Source: the human T2T-CHM13v2.0 reference genome, Homo sapiens | Length of the DNA stretch: 64,000 nt | Assembly: GCF_009914755.1 (NCBI RefSeq) | Contig: NC_060932.1 | Direction: 5' to 3' (one strand) | Part shown: in pieces, positions 60,152-64,000 of the stretch | How the letters are laid out: each line of letters begins with the position of its first letter | Position numbering within the stretch: the stretch's first letter is position 1 | Program-made: the position numbers and the translations under genes | Notes under the pieces: model-generated | The model's input: only the letters and a program-made list of their open reading frames with translations | Databases searched by the model: none | Told to the model about the DNA's origin: nothing

Positions 60152-62499
60152 GGTACATGAGAAGATATTTTGATATGGGCATGCAATGATGCAATGCATA
60201 ATAGTGGTGGTTTTTAGTTTCTTACATATTCTTCCAGACATACTCTGAGCAGATACAAGAAAATATGCACATTTTCCCCCCAAAAATTGTTTCCCACACT
60301 AATGCTACTGGATTACACACTCTCCTACATTTGGCTTTCTTCACTTAAAAACCTAATGTGGAGGTGTTTTCAGAGCATTTGTATTCATATGAAAGCTGGA
60401 TCCTTGAGCAATTCTGACAAACATCCAGGGTTGAGACCCACGGGGGATGTTTGCTATTTCATCTGTGTATCCCCTGTGCCTGGCAACATTCATGGCAAAT
60501 TCTGATGGACCAGACCAAGGGAATAAATGAACAAATAAATAAAGTGAGAGAAGGGAAAATGAATTTCAAAAAGTGATAAGAATGCAAAAGGGGGAAGGAA
60601 GGACCCGATTAATATTTAATCCTTTGGAGGCATCTTGCCCCAAATTAAATGACATGCCCTGGTTTTGGAAAATATCACACAATTAGGGAGGTGCCAGTCT
60701 GCTTCAGCCTGTAGATCCCATTGCCTCTTCCATAATCAGATACGCAACTTTTCTGAGGTCTCAACCAAGCGGTATTTTCCTGCCCTTCTGAAAAATGAAG
60801 CAATTTAAATTCTGTTTATAAGGTCACAGACTTGCGCTCAATGCCAGGCAATGACAGAAATGGTTTCCTGCTGGCAGAAACCAAGTTGGCTTCTAAAGAG
60901 GCCATGTGCTCCTCTTCTCTGCTCTCTTAGAACTCCCTGGACATCTTTCTATTTCAGCACCTCTGGTGGGAGATTGACAGTATCTATTTATGTGTCTGAT
61001 TCCCTGACTAGAGGAAGTCCCTGACTGAGGACAAGGATTAGGTCTCATTCATCTTTGTCTCCAATAACATGCCTGCAACACAGCAAACACAGTCAATAAA
61101 CTGAGGCCTACTGCAATGACAGGTGAATTGAAAGAATGTGCCTATTAAGGGAAAGAAAGGACAAGACAAGATAAGAATGGACCATGGATCATTCTGTCAT
61201 GGGAGGTGACACCATTTTTTTTTGCGTTTTCCCTCCTGCAAGGGAAAGCCCTTTGCTGCCGTTTCATGTGCAGAATGTTGGAAGTGTTGGCCTCCCATAT
61301 GACAGGAGTGCCCTGCACAGGGACAAGAATACATGAACTTGTTTCATGGTTTCTATTTTTATTCCTGGTAGGAAGGGCTATTTCTGTTTCAACTCTGAGG
61401 GGCTGCTGAAGGAAGGTACATTGCAGTTTTCGTTGGCTGTCAGAATGTGGCACATTTTAAAAACCAGAACCTGCTGAGAGGTACCCCAAAAACCTTTCAG
61501 GGTTTTGAGATGGCAGCGGGAAGTCCAGAACTGTGGGACACATCAGTGTGTGGCACCAGGACTCTGTACCCATAGCATCAGAAGGAGGGTGTGTCTCATG
61601 CCCTAGCAGGTGAGGAATAGCTATGTTTTCCAAAACTACCTGGGCAAGTTAGCCCCACGCAACATGCACTAAAACAGAACCTTTGGGTTTTAACCCAATA
61701 AAAGATGTTTTAAACTGTATCTCAGGTCCTGGCCATATAAAGGGACTCCACCTGCCCAACTCTGGCAGGTTAATTCTTTTCCATGACCCCTTGTGGGCTC
61801 ATCTGTAGAGTATCAGTACCACCGATCACTGGGCATGATGTGAGAATTAGGGCAGATGATGAATGAGCAGTTTGTCATGCCGAAAGCAATTACGAGGGTT
61901 CACTAGCATCAAGATGGTGATAATTATTATTATTAACTTGATGCCATAACAAGGGATTAAGCCAGCCAATGAAGAAAGAGAATATCATCCGTTTAGTCAT
62001 TTTCCAGGTGCCTTCTGGCTGGCTAGTTTCCACTGAATCCCAAGCCCATCACCCACTCTTTAAGCCTACCCCACGATTCATCACTCTTCCCTTGCCTTAG
62101 GCCTTTTATTTTCTGTTCTGTGGCAGGTAAACACAGATTTCCTTCTCAAGAATCAGCGAATGTGCTCTATTTCTGATGCATAAACTCTGAATAACTTCTC
62201 CACACTTCCAGATTCTTCACACCTCGCTCTGGCTCACCCATCCGACTGTACGCCCATCTCATCATATCCCACTCCCATCAGGTCAGCACTCACCTGTTGG
62301 CTATGAAATGAACCCTGTCCACTCCAGCCACCATGGCCACCCTCCCTGCCTGTCATACCTTCTTTATTATTTACCTAGACACCCACCTGGTCAATAAAGT
62401 CCTACTCAATCCCATTTCCTTATGGAGTCTTTCCTGACTGTTGCAGTCCTTACTGTGCACTTTACTCTGAAATCGTAAATAATAACAGGTCCATAATTA

Positions 62500-63220
62500 A
62501 ACAACTAATTAAAGAAGCATTTACTGACCATCTACTAAGTGGCAACAAGGGTGAAGTGAGAATGATGGTGACTAAATGGGAATACTGAACCAAGGTCTTG
62601 CTGGGTGATTGATGGGATCAGGAAGGTAAGGAAGATGAAGGAACCTAAGATGATCCCCCAGATTCTGCCCTGAGAATTGGATGGGGTGCTGCCACTCACT
62701 GAGATGGGGATACAGAAATGGGATCAGACTGGTGGGATGGGGATGTGAGACAGTTGCAAGCAGGGCACATTGAGACTGAGACTGCTGTGATGCACTTGGA
62801 GAGAGGTGTCCAACAGAAAGTTGGCTCTGTGAATTTTGTAGTCCTGGAGCTCAAGAGCTCTCTGTCTAATGAAGGAAGCCCACAAATAAGCCCAGAAATT
62901 ATAATAGCAAGTAGTAAATACTACAGACGAAGTGCAAACAACCAAAGGAGACCAAAGGAAGGACAAATGCCTGGGGATATTGGGAAGCTTCTAAAGGAAG
63001 TGGCACTCGAGTGGGGCTGGAAGACCAGTCCAGGTTTAACATGTGAATGGGTAGAAAGAGCACACCCAGATGAAGCAACAGCATGTGCAAATATACCAAG
63101 TGGGGACGAGGATGGGCTAGTCCACAAGTGGCAAGTGGGTCACAGTGGCTGAAGAGTAGAGAACGTGAAGGAATCCATGGCAATGAAGCTGGAGCAGATG
63201 AAAGACCTGCCAGTAATGAC
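62500..63220 (-). mobile_element. L2 fragments
   Basis: AAGATGATCCCCAGATTCTG...TGCCACTCACTGAGATGGGG resembles antisense L2. Confidence 0.6.
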
Positions 63221-63224
63221 CTCT

Positions 63225-63471
63225 GGACCATATCTGACACAAAGTAGTTTAAGACACTAGATATTTTACACTCGAATCCAGATTTCCCTCTTCTACTGAA
63301 AGAAAAAGGAGGGCCAGAGCTTTCATTTTCATGGTGACAATGGTCAGGCAGAGCAGTGGCTACTGCCATCGAACAGTCAGGTCTTTCTTGTTGGCCACAA
63401 CTCTCAAAACAACACTTTACTCTTGATATGATCCACCTCGCCCCTGTTGGCATTTGCAGTTTGAGCCACTG
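63225..63471 (-). mobile_element. MER103C-like hAT element
   Basis: AATCCAGATTTCC...GAGCAGTGGCTACTGCC...GCCCCTGTTGGCATTTGCAGTTTGAGCCACTG. Confidence 0.65.
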
Positions 63472-64000
63472 CTGGAACTGGAAGACAATGCCAAGGAATC
63501 TGGACTTATTTCCAAGGGCAACACAGGCCTGCTGAGGGCAAGGATGGTCCGGGTGGACAACATAATGAAGACATGTGGATAAGGTCATTTCTTTTGAGTT
63601 CCTTCTCCTGAAAGGGTTGACCCCAAACTAGGCCTGAATAGAGGCCATCAGAATGTTCTCTGGTCTTGAAAAGCAGTTTCCTGGCACTCGATTTTTTTCT
63701 CTCTCCTGCCCTGTTAACAATGCTGTATCCTAGATGTTGAGTCATAATGGCGCTACCTAATTTTACTAGGAAATCCACCCATCCCAAGACCTCTCAGCAT
63801 GGTGGTCCTTTGGCCCACAGGTGATTTGGATGTCTAGAGATGTATGTGTCTGTCCAGGAGGCAGCTGGCTGTTTTATAAGCTGCTCAGGAGAACCTATTG
63901 AATTGTATCACAATCTTCAGGCACTTCTGATCCACCACCCTCCTGGGGAGCATGCTGGGAAATGCATGACTGCTGAGGGAAGAAAGACTCAAGTCAAAGG

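Noticed and set aside
62899-63588. Longest ORF in the track (229 aa, minus strand)
   Set aside because: It runs through MER103-like and L2 relics and shows no recognisable domain; most likely a chance open frame.

Overview
Primate (almost certainly human) non-coding genomic DNA, intronic or intergenic. It is dominated by interspersed repeats: about 13 Alus (J, S and Y), old L1M and younger L1PA fragments, many MIR and L2 pieces, hAT DNA-transposon relics (MER5, MER58, MER91, MER103, MER3, MER81/94) and LTR elements (two solo LTR12/ERV9 LTRs, a two-LTR THE1B, a two-LTR MST element, MSTB, MLT1, MER21, LTR16). I cannot support any intact protein-coding exon, RNA gene or CRISPR array; the long ORFs in the track mostly come from Alu, LTR12, THE1-int, L1 ORF2 or simple repeats. 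Structures worth a second look: (i) an ungapped 129-bp inverted repeat (110/129 identical) that shows its full length only after the THE1B is removed from one arm; (ii) two independently inserted, co-oriented LTR12s where the upstream one has lost its R-region poly(A) hexamer and the downstream one keeps it, bracketing a unique, possibly coding-derived segment; (iii) a roughly 1-kb tail-to-tail inverted L1PA pair; (iv) several nested insertions with readable target-site duplications (TSDs). Repeat subfamily calls are by eye from remembered consensus features, and the boundaries of old repeats are approximate.
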